From: a virus
IMG/VR virus record: IMGVR_UViG_3300032117_000009
Coordinates: 32,001-96,000 of that record
Direction: 5' to 3' (one strand)
Length of the DNA stretch: 64,000 nucleotides
Shown: positions 27,889-36,433 of the stretch, in pieces
Layout of the letters: the number at the start of each line of letters is the position of its first letter
How positions within the stretch are numbered: the first letter of the stretch is position 1
Program-made: the position numbers and the translations under genes
The notes under the pieces: generated by a model
The model's input: only the letters and a program-made list of their open reading frames with translations
Database searches by the model: none
Told to the model about the DNA's origin: nothing

Positions 27889-28353
27889 TAAATAATTTTC
27901 TATTTCTAATTTGTTGTTTTCATACCAACCAAGTCTAATATTGCAACCACAACAAAGTAATCCTCTTACATTACCTGTTACATGATCATGATCAATTGCA
28001 AAGTTTCTTCCAGTAGAACATTTATCTGTCTTGCAGATAGAGCATTTGTTGTTCTGATTCTTCATCATATCATGAAAATCATCTATTGTTAAACCAAATA
28101 GTCTAGTTCTTTCTTTAATATTTAAACATGGTCTACAATATGCTGATTTTTTTACTTTATTGTTTTCTTTACAATAAATACATAAATCAGTAAAGTTCTT
28201 TTTTTGTGATCTAATTGGGTTGTTTGTTATAGCTGCACATTGCTGAGAACAAAACAAACCTGTGCCTTTTTTGATCTGGTACTGATATCTTGTGAATGTG
28301 TTGTTGCAATCTTTGCTTTTGCACGTTTCTTGAATTGAAGTAATTTTATTCAT
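27871..28353 (-). CDS. Endonuclease VII-family (His-Me finger) homing endonuclease
   Basis: NKCSICK...FAIDHDHVTGNVRGLLCCGCNIRLG; the last 18 nt overlap tRNA-Pro. Confidence 0.88.
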   Translation of the reverse strand: MNKITSIQETCKSKDCNNTFTRYQYQIKKGTGLFCSQQCAAITNNPIRSQKKNFTDLCIYCKENNKVKKSAYCRPCLNIKERTRLFGLTIDDFHDMMKNQNNKCSICKTDKCSTGRNFAIDHDHVTGNVRGLLCCGCNIRLGWYENNKLEIENYLRVVDQ

Positions 28354-28400
28354 ACTTATAAACCCTCCTATTACTTTTTTGTTTTCAAGTATGAATTACA

Positions 28401-28423
28401 TTACCAAGCTGCGCCACAACCCG
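28401..28423 (-). pseudogene. Orphan 5' fragment of tRNA-Pro
   Basis: CGGGTTGTGGCGCAGCTTGGTAA has the same acceptor strand as the intact tRNA-Pro plus a canonical D-arm start; no 3' half follows. Confidence 0.7.
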
Positions 28424-28448
28424 TTACTTGATTAACATATCATAAATA

Positions 28449-28637
28449 TTACTCTGTTTCTCCAATATCCCAATCATCATAAGAGCCAAGACGAACCATA
28501 TGAATACAAGGATCATCTCCACGTTCCCAAGCAAGCTCTTCGCTTTCATGCATAGGTCCACCATCATGCGTATTACAAAATTGATCTGTGCAATACCCAT
28601 TATCAATTCCAAATTTCAACCACTCATCAAATGTCAT
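28449..28637 (-). CDS. Small hypothetical Cys/His protein
   Basis: MTFDEWLKFGIDNGYCTDQFCNTHDG...DDPCIHMVRL; phage-like small ORF. Confidence 0.55.
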   Translation of the reverse strand: MTFDEWLKFGIDNGYCTDQFCNTHDGGPMHESEELAWERGDDPCIHMVRLGSYDDWDIGETE

Positions 28638-28666
28638 ACTTTTATCTTTCCACTATGTTTATAAAG

Positions 28667-28740
28667 CTCCCGAGGTAGGACTCGAACCTACAACATCCTG
28701 ATTAACAGTCAGGCGCAACTGCCAATTGTGCTACTCGGGA
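28667..28740 (-). tRNA. trnN: tRNA-Asn(GUU)
   Basis: Acceptor TCCCGAG/CTCGGGA, anticodon arm CCTGA-CTGTTAA-TCAGG. Confidence 0.93.
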
Positions 28741-28750
28741 ATGTTTATTG

Positions 28751-29224
28751 TTAATAAGATTTACCTTCAGCATATCTTTTTTTTCGATATGCCCTTCCAT
28801 TACCTCTATTCTTTCCTTTATATGTTTCTAGAAGCATATCACAATTACCGCAGACTAAACGAACATTTTCCCAAGAGTTATTATATGAATTGCCATCTAT
28901 ATGATCAAGAATTAATGGCATTGGTTTTCCTTGCCACTCAGTCCCTTTACATATTGAGCAAGTGTTACCTTCTGTTGCAAGTCTAGTATTCTTTAATATT
29001 CTAGTTCCAGCTTTTTCATCTAATATTTTTTTAATGCCTCTACAAAAACTAGAACATACATTAGAACCTTTATAAGTTTTATTATCACAAATAACACACT
29101 GAGTAATTTTATTTTTATCTAGTTTAACTCTTTTTGGGTGTAAAGAATTGTTTCTTTTTGTAGAATAAGATCTAGAACAAAATTTTGGATTATTTGTTTC
29201 TTTTTTACAATTTAAACATTCCAT
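28751..29224 (-). CDS. HNH homing endonuclease
   Basis: LILDHIDGNSYNNSWENVRLVCGNCD with upstream Zn fingers. Confidence 0.88.
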   Translation of the reverse strand: MECLNCKKETNNPKFCSRSYSTKRNNSLHPKRVKLDKNKITQCVICDNKTYKGSNVCSSFCRGIKKILDEKAGTRILKNTRLATEGNTCSICKGTEWQGKPMPLILDHIDGNSYNNSWENVRLVCGNCDMLLETYKGKNRGNGRAYRKKRYAEGKSY

Positions 29225-29226
29225 AG

Positions 29227-29301
29227 AGCCAGCACTCGGACTCGAACCGAGGAAACCTCCACTTTACAAGAGTGGCGCTCTACCAACTGAGCTATACTGG
29301 C
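29227..29301 (-). tRNA. trnT: tRNA-Thr(UGU)
   Basis: Acceptor GCCAGTA/TGCTGGC, anticodon arm CCACT-CTTGTAA-AGTGG, U73. Confidence 0.93.
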
Positions 29302-29319
29302 ATTTCTTGCTACAGAGAT

Positions 29320-29328
29320 ACTATAGCA
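29320..29328 (-). promoter_or_regulatory. Extended -10 promoter (TGcTATAGT) for the tRNA cluster
   Basis: TGnTAnnnT about 19 nt upstream of tRNA-Thr, just after a TAGGTA-AAA-TACCTA hairpin. Confidence 0.55.
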
Positions 29329-29347
29329 TGAAATCTAGGTATTTTAC

Positions 29348-29497
29348 CTACTTCTCAATAATATTTACCTTAAGTCCACTAACTTGACTCAGAAGAGAGT
29401 TTCGAAGACCATCAATAGTCTCCTTAATCTCCTGTAGAGGAAGTTCATTGCCCTCTTGATTGTCGTAGGTGATCTTAATTGTAACTGTCTTAGGCAT
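29348..29497 (-). CDS. Small hypothetical protein (49 aa, MPKTVTIKITYD...)
   Basis: TAATG-coupled to the Dps stop; the longer track ORF (to 29551) overlaps dps and is unlikely. Confidence 0.5.
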   Translation of the reverse strand: MPKTVTIKITYDNQEGNELPLQEIKETIDGLRNSLLSQVSGLKVNIIEK

Positions 29498-29976
29498 TAT
29501 CCCTCCGTAACGTTTACTTTTCCTAGAGAAGAACCTAGCTGCCATTGCCACTTCTGATGCATGTCAATTCTTTCTGCAACGAAGTTAGCGACACCTTGTT
29601 CATTCTGCTCGTTTGCTTTTGTGAACAATTGTACCAGATCTTCCAGGACAATTTTATTATCTTCGTAAAGATTTTCAGTTAATGTCTTTGCATCAAACTT
29701 ATTAACGTCACGTTCTTTCAATGATGTTAACTCTAAAAACTCTTTGAGGGTAAATGGAGCTAACCCACCAATCTTACGACAGTTCTCAGCCATAGGATCA
29801 AGAGAATCATAAACATCTAAATAAATAGTTTCAAATAATGCGTGATATTCTTGAAAATCTGTACCTACAAGATTCCAATGATAACCATGTGATTGGTGAT
29901 AGAACACAGCAATATTAGCTACATTCTTCTTTAATGCTTTTAATAGCTCTTGATCCTTGGCTGATAAACTGTACAT
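29497..29976 (-). CDS. dps: Dps family ferritin-like DNA-protection protein
   Basis: HGYHWNLVG.DFQEYHALFE.IY...DPMAENCRKIG ferroxidase signature; C-terminal HQKWQWQL. Confidence 0.9.
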   Translation of the reverse strand: MYSLSAKDQELLKALKKNVANIAVFYHQSHGYHWNLVGTDFQEYHALFETIYLDVYDSLDPMAENCRKIGGLAPFTLKEFLELTSLKERDVNKFDAKTLTENLYEDNKIVLEDLVQLFTKANEQNEQGVANFVAERIDMHQKWQWQLGSSLGKVNVTEG

Positions 29977-29981
29977 AGTTA

Positions 29982-30317
29982 TTACCTTAGTTTTGTACCG
30001 GCTGGGATTTGACCGTTAGCCTTAATGATTGTTTTTTGCACAGACTTCATAGCAATGTTATTAATTAAAGCAGTAACAACACCAGCAACCTGGGTAGCTA
30101 CGCCAGCCCAAACTTGAATGTTGTGCGAAACTGAATTAGGTATAACGACACCAGCTGATGTAAGAACACCGATGATAAATAAAGCAACAGCAACGACATA
30201 AGCAATGTCAGCTGGAATATTTGACCAAGTGACTGGCGGAACTGGTGTAGGTACTGTGTTTTCTTTTTTTGGTGCAATTGTTTTTGCAGTGTTTGTTGTC
30301 TTTCTGGCTTCAGCCAT
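29982..30317 (-). CDS. Two-TM membrane protein (holin-like)
   Basis: Two hydrophobic helices and a basic C-terminus. Confidence 0.5.
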   Translation of the reverse strand: MAEARKTTNTAKTIAPKKENTVPTPVPPVTWSNIPADIAYVVAVALFIIGVLTSAGVVIPNSVSHNIQVWAGVATQVAGVVTALINNIAMKSVQKTIIKANGQIPAGTKLR

Positions 30318-30337
30318 TATTTCTCCTTATTTGTTTG

Positions 30338-32236
30338 TTACCAACTATAATTATCGTCGTAATCATCTTCATCGTCATCATCAGAATCATCATCTTCTGT
30401 ATATGAATCATATTCAGAGTCATCGTATTTTGATGAAGTAAACCAAGATGTTACATCTGGAAGTACAGCCTGCCCTTGTAATGAAGCTGGAAGCTGGGTT
30501 GTGCTTTGTTCGGTGCCTTTTGGTCCTTTTGGTCCTTCTTCAACATCTGCAACATTATTAGAAAGATCTTGTGGACCCATGCCTTCACCAAAAACAGAAC
30601 CTACACCTTCATAGTTTGTGTCTTCTATTTCAGCTAAAAACAACCTTGAAGCAAGTGTATCATGCGTAAAGAAACTATTTCCAGGTATTGTCTCAGAAAC
30701 TTCTTGTGGTTGGTTATCAACATCTTCACCAACTGTTTGGTTTGGAGCATCTACCCCAGAAAACTCTGGCCCAAGCTCTTTTGGTGATAACCTATCTGCA
30801 ATCTTTATATTACCGTTTTCATCAAAAGAATAAACTTTTGCTGTTTTAGTATTGTTATTCATATCGTAAAGATTTTTGTGGACATTTTCGATATCTTTTC
30901 TAGCTTTTTCAAAGCCTTTTTCACGACCTAAAAGACTATAAGCATGAACTGGTATTATATGTTCTTGTTGCCAACTATATCCTAAAATATTAGCATCATT
31001 ATCATATAATGGTTTAACATACCTTTCTGCATGTAAATGGGAAGAATCAGGATCTATAAGACCATTTGACGTATCGTAAAAATTAGTAAAATTATAATCT
31101 GTATCACTATAATCCCTACGCTCTATTTCGTTTTTAGGAATTCCAAATTTGTTTATATGATAATTTATATATTTATCTGCCTGAGCATTAGCTTCTTCTT
31201 CTGTTTTTGATATGCCGGTTATAGTATATAAATTATGTATTTCGTTTGGGTAGCCTTTCCATATCATTGCTTGTAATTTATGACCATTACCTATATTAGC
31301 ACTATGCTGATCTGGACGAGGGTAAAAATTATCCCAAGCTTCATCCCAAGAGCCTCCACGGTGTTCTTCAGCAAAATTTTCTCTATCTTCGTATGTTTTA
31401 TGTAATAATGGTGGATAATAAAAATGATCTCTATCATTCCAATCTGAATAATGAGTACCCCACTCTTCTGGTTCCCATTCACCAGTTATTTTATTGTAGC
31501 TAGCAAATTTATTATTTTTAGAAGAATTTATATCGTATAAATCTTTGTGGACACTTTCAATATCTTTTTTAGCTTGTGAATATAAATCATCTATGTTATT
31601 TAAATAATCCTCATATTTATAATTATAATGTGATTGTTGCCAAGAATAACCAATATGTTTGCCATTATTATCTATTAATGGTTTTATATCCCTAGTTACA
31701 ATTTGCCAACCTGGGTCACTAGGTTTTTTGTTTTTATTGCGAAAATCTCTCATTTTATAATCATCAGGATGAGTGTAATTATCAATATCATATTCACCAT
31801 CATCATTAAAACGAGAATCAATTGGCAAAGTCATATTTCCTTTATCATTTTTTATTTCAATATCCTTATGGTTGATTCCAAATTTATTTAAATGATAATT
31901 TAAATATTTATCTGCTTGAGAATGTGCTTCTTTTTCTGTTTTCCCAATACCATAAATTATATATTGAGATTCTATTCCATCATTATTTTTAAATATTCTT
32001 GCCTGTAATTCATGCCCATTACCTATGCTTACAGATTTTTGTGATGGATCTGGATAAAGATTGTGCATAGCTTTAGTTACATCTTCACGATTATTTTTTT
32101 CATAATCGTGCCAATCGCTATTGTTTTTAAAAATCGCAGGCGGATATAATTTTGTTCTAATATCAAAAGATGAATTGCCCCATTCTTCTGGGTACCATTC
32201 TCCAGTTATTTTGTCATATCCAGATTCTTTATGCAT
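30338..32236 (-). CDS. Modular protein with two copies of a ~200-aa domain plus acidic tail (putative cargo)
   Basis: Y[DN]KITGEW.PEEW...IGNGH.LQA.I...IG[YV]SWQQ.H...KDIE.VHK.LYD.N occurs twice, after KESG and KFAS. Confidence 0.65.
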   Translation of the reverse strand: MHKESGYDKITGEWYPEEWGNSSFDIRTKLYPPAIFKNNSDWHDYEKNNREDVTKAMHNLYPDPSQKSVSIGNGHELQARIFKNNDGIESQYIIYGIGKTEKEAHSQADKYLNYHLNKFGINHKDIEIKNDKGNMTLPIDSRFNDDGEYDIDNYTHPDDYKMRDFRNKNKKPSDPGWQIVTRDIKPLIDNNGKHIGYSWQQSHYNYKYEDYLNNIDDLYSQAKKDIESVHKDLYDINSSKNNKFASYNKITGEWEPEEWGTHYSDWNDRDHFYYPPLLHKTYEDRENFAEEHRGGSWDEAWDNFYPRPDQHSANIGNGHKLQAMIWKGYPNEIHNLYTITGISKTEEEANAQADKYINYHINKFGIPKNEIERRDYSDTDYNFTNFYDTSNGLIDPDSSHLHAERYVKPLYDNDANILGYSWQQEHIIPVHAYSLLGREKGFEKARKDIENVHKNLYDMNNNTKTAKVYSFDENGNIKIADRLSPKELGPEFSGVDAPNQTVGEDVDNQPQEVSETIPGNSFFTHDTLASRLFLAEIEDTNYEGVGSVFGEGMGPQDLSNNVADVEEGPKGPKGTEQSTTQLPASLQGQAVLPDVTSWFTSSKYDDSEYDSYTEDDDSDDDDEDDYDDNYSW

Positions 32237-32711
32237 TTGGACTTAATAATCCTTGGATATACTGGCTACCCTCCCAATCAGAATGAGTAGCTGTATGAGC
32301 ACCACCGGCAGCTCTATGATGATACGTACAGAGCCAACGGAAGTTATCTCCACTCTCTACCCATGCACCAACTTTATCTGGGTCAGATACACCTGGATAA
32401 TCTTTTTCTAATGCTTTAAGAGACACACCATTTGTCAAAGCAAATTCGATATGTGTATGATGAAGTTCTAGTCCTTCTTGCTTAGCTTTTGGATCTTCTG
32501 GCGCAGGAACTGGATTACCTTTTTCATCCTTACAGTCACTAAACCCAACGTGGTCCCCAATGTAGCATCGAGCAGTTGGCCTGGTTCTCTCATGGTATGC
32601 ATTAAAATCTTTGTAATGGGGATCATCCTTCCTTGGACCGTGGGCTGGGTAATGTACAATGTAAGAGTGATTCTCTGTTTGATCATGTGCTGGAGTAATC
32701 TTTTCAGTCAT
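32229..32711 (-). CDS. HNH-like (His-rich) protein
   Basis: CYIG..C...LELHHTHIE...RWLCTYHHR...GAH pattern. Confidence 0.45.
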   Translation of the reverse strand: MTEKITPAHDQTENHSYIVHYPAHGPRKDDPHYKDFNAYHERTRPTARCYIGDHVGFSDCKDEKGNPVPAPEDPKAKQEGLELHHTHIEFALTNGVSLKALEKDYPGVSDPDKVGAWVESGDNFRWLCTYHHRAAGGAHTATHSDWEGSQYIQGLLSPNA

Positions 32712-33042
32712 TGTCAGGTCCTTCTGTCAAATTTGGTATGTCGGGATGATGTTTAATAATATGATGTGATAAATTTGCATTTCTATCTAATTTATCGTGT
32801 AATTTGTTTAATTCTGCTTCTATCCAATAGCGAAGTGGAGGATAAATAAATGATGCTACGATAACAACTATTATCCATTGAACAAATGAAGCAACAAGAT
32901 TTGGTCCAACCCTAGATGAATCAAGAGGCCAAAAATCTATTATAATTCTATTCGCAAACCAATCACTAAATATTGCAATTATAATAAATAAAATAGTAAG
33001 TGATGAAGCTATTAAGAATGCTAATTTTTTCATAATTACCAA
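32704..33042 (-). CDS. Membrane protein (2 TM)
   Basis: Two hydrophobic segments; His-containing tail. Confidence 0.55.
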   Translation of the reverse strand: MVIMKKLAFLIASSLTILFIIIAIFSDWFANRIIIDFWPLDSSRVGPNLVASFVQWIIVVIVASFIYPPLRYWIEAELNKLHDKLDRNANLSHHIIKHHPDIPNLTEGPDND

Positions 33043-34940
33043 TTCTTTTTCTTTGGCGTAAATCTTTCTATGTGAGTTATGCGCTCAGGTGGGATAGGAG
33101 CTTTGGAAACAATTTCTTCTTTACCTATATCGGTAAAACCAGGTCTATCACTATGAAAATTATCTAAATCTACATGGTATAAATCAAATTCTTGCGGAGC
33201 TGGCCTTCCACTTCTTTCATAAGTATGTTGAATATGATGTGCCCATATTTCTTTGTCTTCATCAGTTGGAGACATATATACATTTGCGCCAGGATCGATG
33301 TACCAATTGTGGTGTTCAATACCGAAAGTTTTCAAACCTTCTTGTTCAATTGATTCACGATTATGAGCAGGAGATACATGGTACGGAAGAGCTTCTTTGA
33401 TAGAAGCTTCGACCTGAGGCCCAGTAATATTTGCTTGATCAATTATATATTGAGCGCCTTCAGGATCTTGTGCACCAGGAGCATGTAGATTGCTATCTAC
33501 TGGAGCATCATACCCTTGACCATTTACAGATGCCCAGAATTGCTTAATATGAGTAATCCTATCAGGTGTGATATGACCTTTGTAAACTATTTCGTCAACA
33601 CCCATGTCAGTTTTACGTTTTTCTACCGGAAGACCTTCTGTATTAACATGCCAAAGATCAAAACTATCTGCATCTTGTCGTTCTAAATCTATATCTTCTA
33701 GATCTGGATACCCAATTGGATCATCAGAATTCCATCTATCCATTTCATGTCGTGATTTAATTTCTTGGCTATGTCTTTCATTACCTATTTGATAACCCCA
33801 AAGATCTGCATCTTTATCAGTAGGAGACATATAAACTAATGGTTCTATACTAGATGGCCATTTATTTGATTCTTCAGTTCCTGGCAATAAACCATTTTCT
33901 TCAATAGATTCTCTATGCTCAACTGGGGAAACATGATACGGAATAGCAGTTCTTAAAGAAGCAGTTCTTACATTTGATGGGTGAGTAAGGCCAATTTGAG
34001 TTGGAGTCATGTTTCCTGGGACATAACCAAATTGATCAGGTTCTACTCCAGGAAATTGTTTTGCCCAGCCTCTGCCTTTATAACCATGATTATTAGATTC
34101 ACCATATCTATAAACAGTTACTGGAACATGTGTAAGGCCAAGTTCTTTTGCAGCTATAATTCTATGGTTTCCTTCACCAAGATATGCATATCTGTCATTC
34201 ATATTATAGCTAACTTTTAATGGGTTGATAAAACCATTTTTCAGAAGTGAGCTTTTAATATTGTCTACTGTTGAACGACTATTACCAGTATCATAAATTG
34301 GGTCAAGACGATCAAATTCTCTAATTCTATGAACGTCTTCTAAAGGTACCCATTCAACCTTAACGTGGTTAGCATCACTTTTTTTATTTGCTTTTGTTAA
34401 AGCAATGATATTACTAGTTATATCATTAATAGAAGCATTTTTATTTAAATCTACGTGAAGATTACGAACAGTCTTTGCTTCGGATCTTGTAGATGCACTT
34501 TCTATAAAATAATTATTTAAAATTTTATCCTTGATATCATTTATTGATAAATCTTCTTTGTCAAGAGTAATAACAAAATTATTGCTATCTTGCGGAGAAA
34601 CAATAACAGGATTAAGATTATACCCCTGGAATTGAAGCATCAGGGATTGAATAATTGCTTGTTTGTTTTCTTCAATAATATAAGGAGAAAACTTACAATT
34701 ATATTCTATTTTACCATTATCTTCTGTTTTTATAGTTTTAGGTCCATATCGAACATCATCAGTTCCAAGGCCTTTAATATCCCAAAAATTGCCAGCATTC
34801 TTTTCCATCCACAAATCATGATGTTTTTGTGAACAAAAAACAAGCTCATCTAAACCATTTGAGGCTGTTAACCAATTCCAAGACGTTGAATTAGGATTTT
34901 TGCAATCAATATAATCACAATATATATTGTTAAGTGTCAT
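33036..34940 (-). CDS. Multidomain protein: Zn finger + ParB/Srx-like + two ADP-ribosyltransferase-fold domains
   Basis: ParB-like SLLKNGFINPL...GEGNHRIIAAKELGLTHVPV; two copies of YHVSP...SIE..GL...VYMSP...[LW]..V....EIV...I.P.RI. Confidence 0.72.
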   Translation of the reverse strand: MTLNNIYCDYIDCKNPNSTSWNWLTASNGLDELVFCSQKHHDLWMEKNAGNFWDIKGLGTDDVRYGPKTIKTEDNGKIEYNCKFSPYIIEENKQAIIQSLMLQFQGYNLNPVIVSPQDSNNFVITLDKEDLSINDIKDKILNNYFIESASTRSEAKTVRNLHVDLNKNASINDITSNIIALTKANKKSDANHVKVEWVPLEDVHRIREFDRLDPIYDTGNSRSTVDNIKSSLLKNGFINPLKVSYNMNDRYAYLGEGNHRIIAAKELGLTHVPVTVYRYGESNNHGYKGRGWAKQFPGVEPDQFGYVPGNMTPTQIGLTHPSNVRTASLRTAIPYHVSPVEHRESIEENGLLPGTEESNKWPSSIEPLVYMSPTDKDADLWGYQIGNERHSQEIKSRHEMDRWNSDDPIGYPDLEDIDLERQDADSFDLWHVNTEGLPVEKRKTDMGVDEIVYKGHITPDRITHIKQFWASVNGQGYDAPVDSNLHAPGAQDPEGAQYIIDQANITGPQVEASIKEALPYHVSPAHNRESIEQEGLKTFGIEHHNWYIDPGANVYMSPTDEDKEIWAHHIQHTYERSGRPAPQEFDLYHVDLDNFHSDRPGFTDIGKEEIVSKAPIPPERITHIERFTPKKKNW

Positions 34941-35017
34941 ATTTCCTCAAATTGGTGTGCCCCCTCTTATTTTTATTTAAAGAGTGTTATTACACTATTG
35001 AGCTGATATATTCAACA

Positions 35018-35806
35018 CTAATTAACGTATACAGGCGTTTGGCTTTTAATACAAATTCTATCTCTGCAATATCCACGGCATGTTTGGCATTGATATGTTT
35101 GATAAGCAGTAGTTTTATTATGCTTAATTCCACGTTTTTGCAATTTTTTAGAACCGCATTTTGGGCATCCATCCATTATGCCATTTAATGTAGAAACATT
35201 AGGGTGGTTAGATATCCATGGGAGAAGTTTTTTATAAACCTCTTCAAGCAAAACAACGTCTTGCTTATTATACTTTTTCATCTTATTCCAAGCAGTTTGA
35301 TTACCAGCCATACAATCTTTCCAAAGCTGATAACCGCCTGTTTGTACTTTTTGCCCAATTCCTAAAATTGTTCCGAGATCATTTAATTTGTTAGAATCAA
35401 ATTTGAAATGCTTACGTGCTTCTTTCAAAGTGTCAATTTGTCTATAATTTATAGGAGGGTCAAAACCATGTACTAAAAATCTTGCACTTACCTTTTTTTG
35501 ATCAAAGTTATTTCCATTATGAGCAATAATTATATCAGCTTCATTAAAAAGGTTATGAAGTGTTTTTACAACTTGGTAATCATTTTCAGGATCTTTTTTA
35601 TAATCTTTTTCAAAATCTGTTAATGCGACTACTTTTGTTGTTGGCTCATCAAGCCATTTATATGCAAAGCATAATATGTACCATGGCCTTACAACTTCCA
35701 AAGCTGTTTGCTCATAAACACCCCATGTATGAATTAAATTTGGAGCAGTTTCAATATCATAGAGCAGAATTCTTGCCTGATTATTCTTTGTTGTCGGCAT
35801 CTTCAA
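35018..35806 (-). CDS. DEDD (RNase H-like/YprB-type) 3'-5' exonuclease with C-terminal Zn ribbon
   Basis: YDIET, IAHNGNNFD, IDTL, YNKQDV motifs; CPKC...CQTC. Confidence 0.85.
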   Translation of the reverse strand: MKMPTTKNNQARILLYDIETAPNLIHTWGVYEQTALEVVRPWYILCFAYKWLDEPTTKVVALTDFEKDYKKDPENDYQVVKTLHNLFNEADIIIAHNGNNFDQKKVSARFLVHGFDPPINYRQIDTLKEARKHFKFDSNKLNDLGTILGIGQKVQTGGYQLWKDCMAGNQTAWNKMKKYNKQDVVLLEEVYKKLLPWISNHPNVSTLNGIMDGCPKCGSKKLQKRGIKHNKTTAYQTYQCQTCRGYCRDRICIKSQTPVYVN

Positions 35807-35898
35807 CCTTCTGATCTTGTGAAGAATCTTCTTTCTTCACCTTTTCAGAAACTAGTATAGTACCTTTATCTGGTGTTTTTGAGTATTTGTGCATGTTT

Positions 35899-36252
35899 TT
35901 AAACCTTTGTTTTGCACTTATCTAAATGGTCTTTAACTTTTTTATTAAAGATTTCTAAAATTTGTTTTTTGCTTTTTTCTGGGTTAGAGGCTAATTTGCC
36001 TTGCCAGATTTCATTCTTATCTCCAACTACAATTTTACCAGAGTATCTACCAAAATTTTCAATAACAATAGCTCTTATATTAAAATCGCAATTTGGACAA
36101 GAAATTTTTCTTATCATATTGCCTATATCAGAGGCAATTTCAACGTTTGTTACATTATTGAGAGTAACACCCTCAGGCAATTCAAAATCTAGTTCTGGCA
36201 TAAATTTATTGTGTGATAGCGATTCTTCCAAGCTGTTGAAGATAAACATCAA
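35899..36252 (-). CDS. Hypothetical protein
   Basis: ORF with a CPNC motif. Confidence 0.45.
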   Translation of the reverse strand: MMFIFNSLEESLSHNKFMPELDFELPEGVTLNNVTNVEIASDIGNMIRKISCPNCDFNIRAIVIENFGRYSGKIVVGDKNEIWQGKLASNPEKSKKQILEIFNKKVKDHLDKCKTKV

Positions 36253-36430
36253 CAGGAATTCCTGTTACAATTGACAATGACGATAAAGATGAAAAACTTA
36301 CCCCAACAAGAGCAGACACAACATCTATTATATTATTTTCTTCTATAATATCATAAACTACATCATCTTGTCCAGACATAACTGCCGTAAGAACTGATAC
36401 CGCAAGCTTTATGTTATCACTAGAATCCAT
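36206..36430 (-). CDS. Small hypothetical helical protein
   Basis: ORF in the operon. Confidence 0.5.
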   Translation of the reverse strand: MDSSDNIKLAVSVLTAVMSGQDDVVYDIIEENNIIDVVSALVGVSFSSLSSLSIVTGIPVDVYLQQLGRIAITQ

Positions 36431-36433
36431 ATT

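Noticed and set aside
27889-28400. Group I intron splitting tRNA-Pro
   Set aside because: The downstream tRNA-Pro is complete without splicing, joining the upstream fragment would duplicate the acceptor strand, and no room or core elements for an intron are evident.
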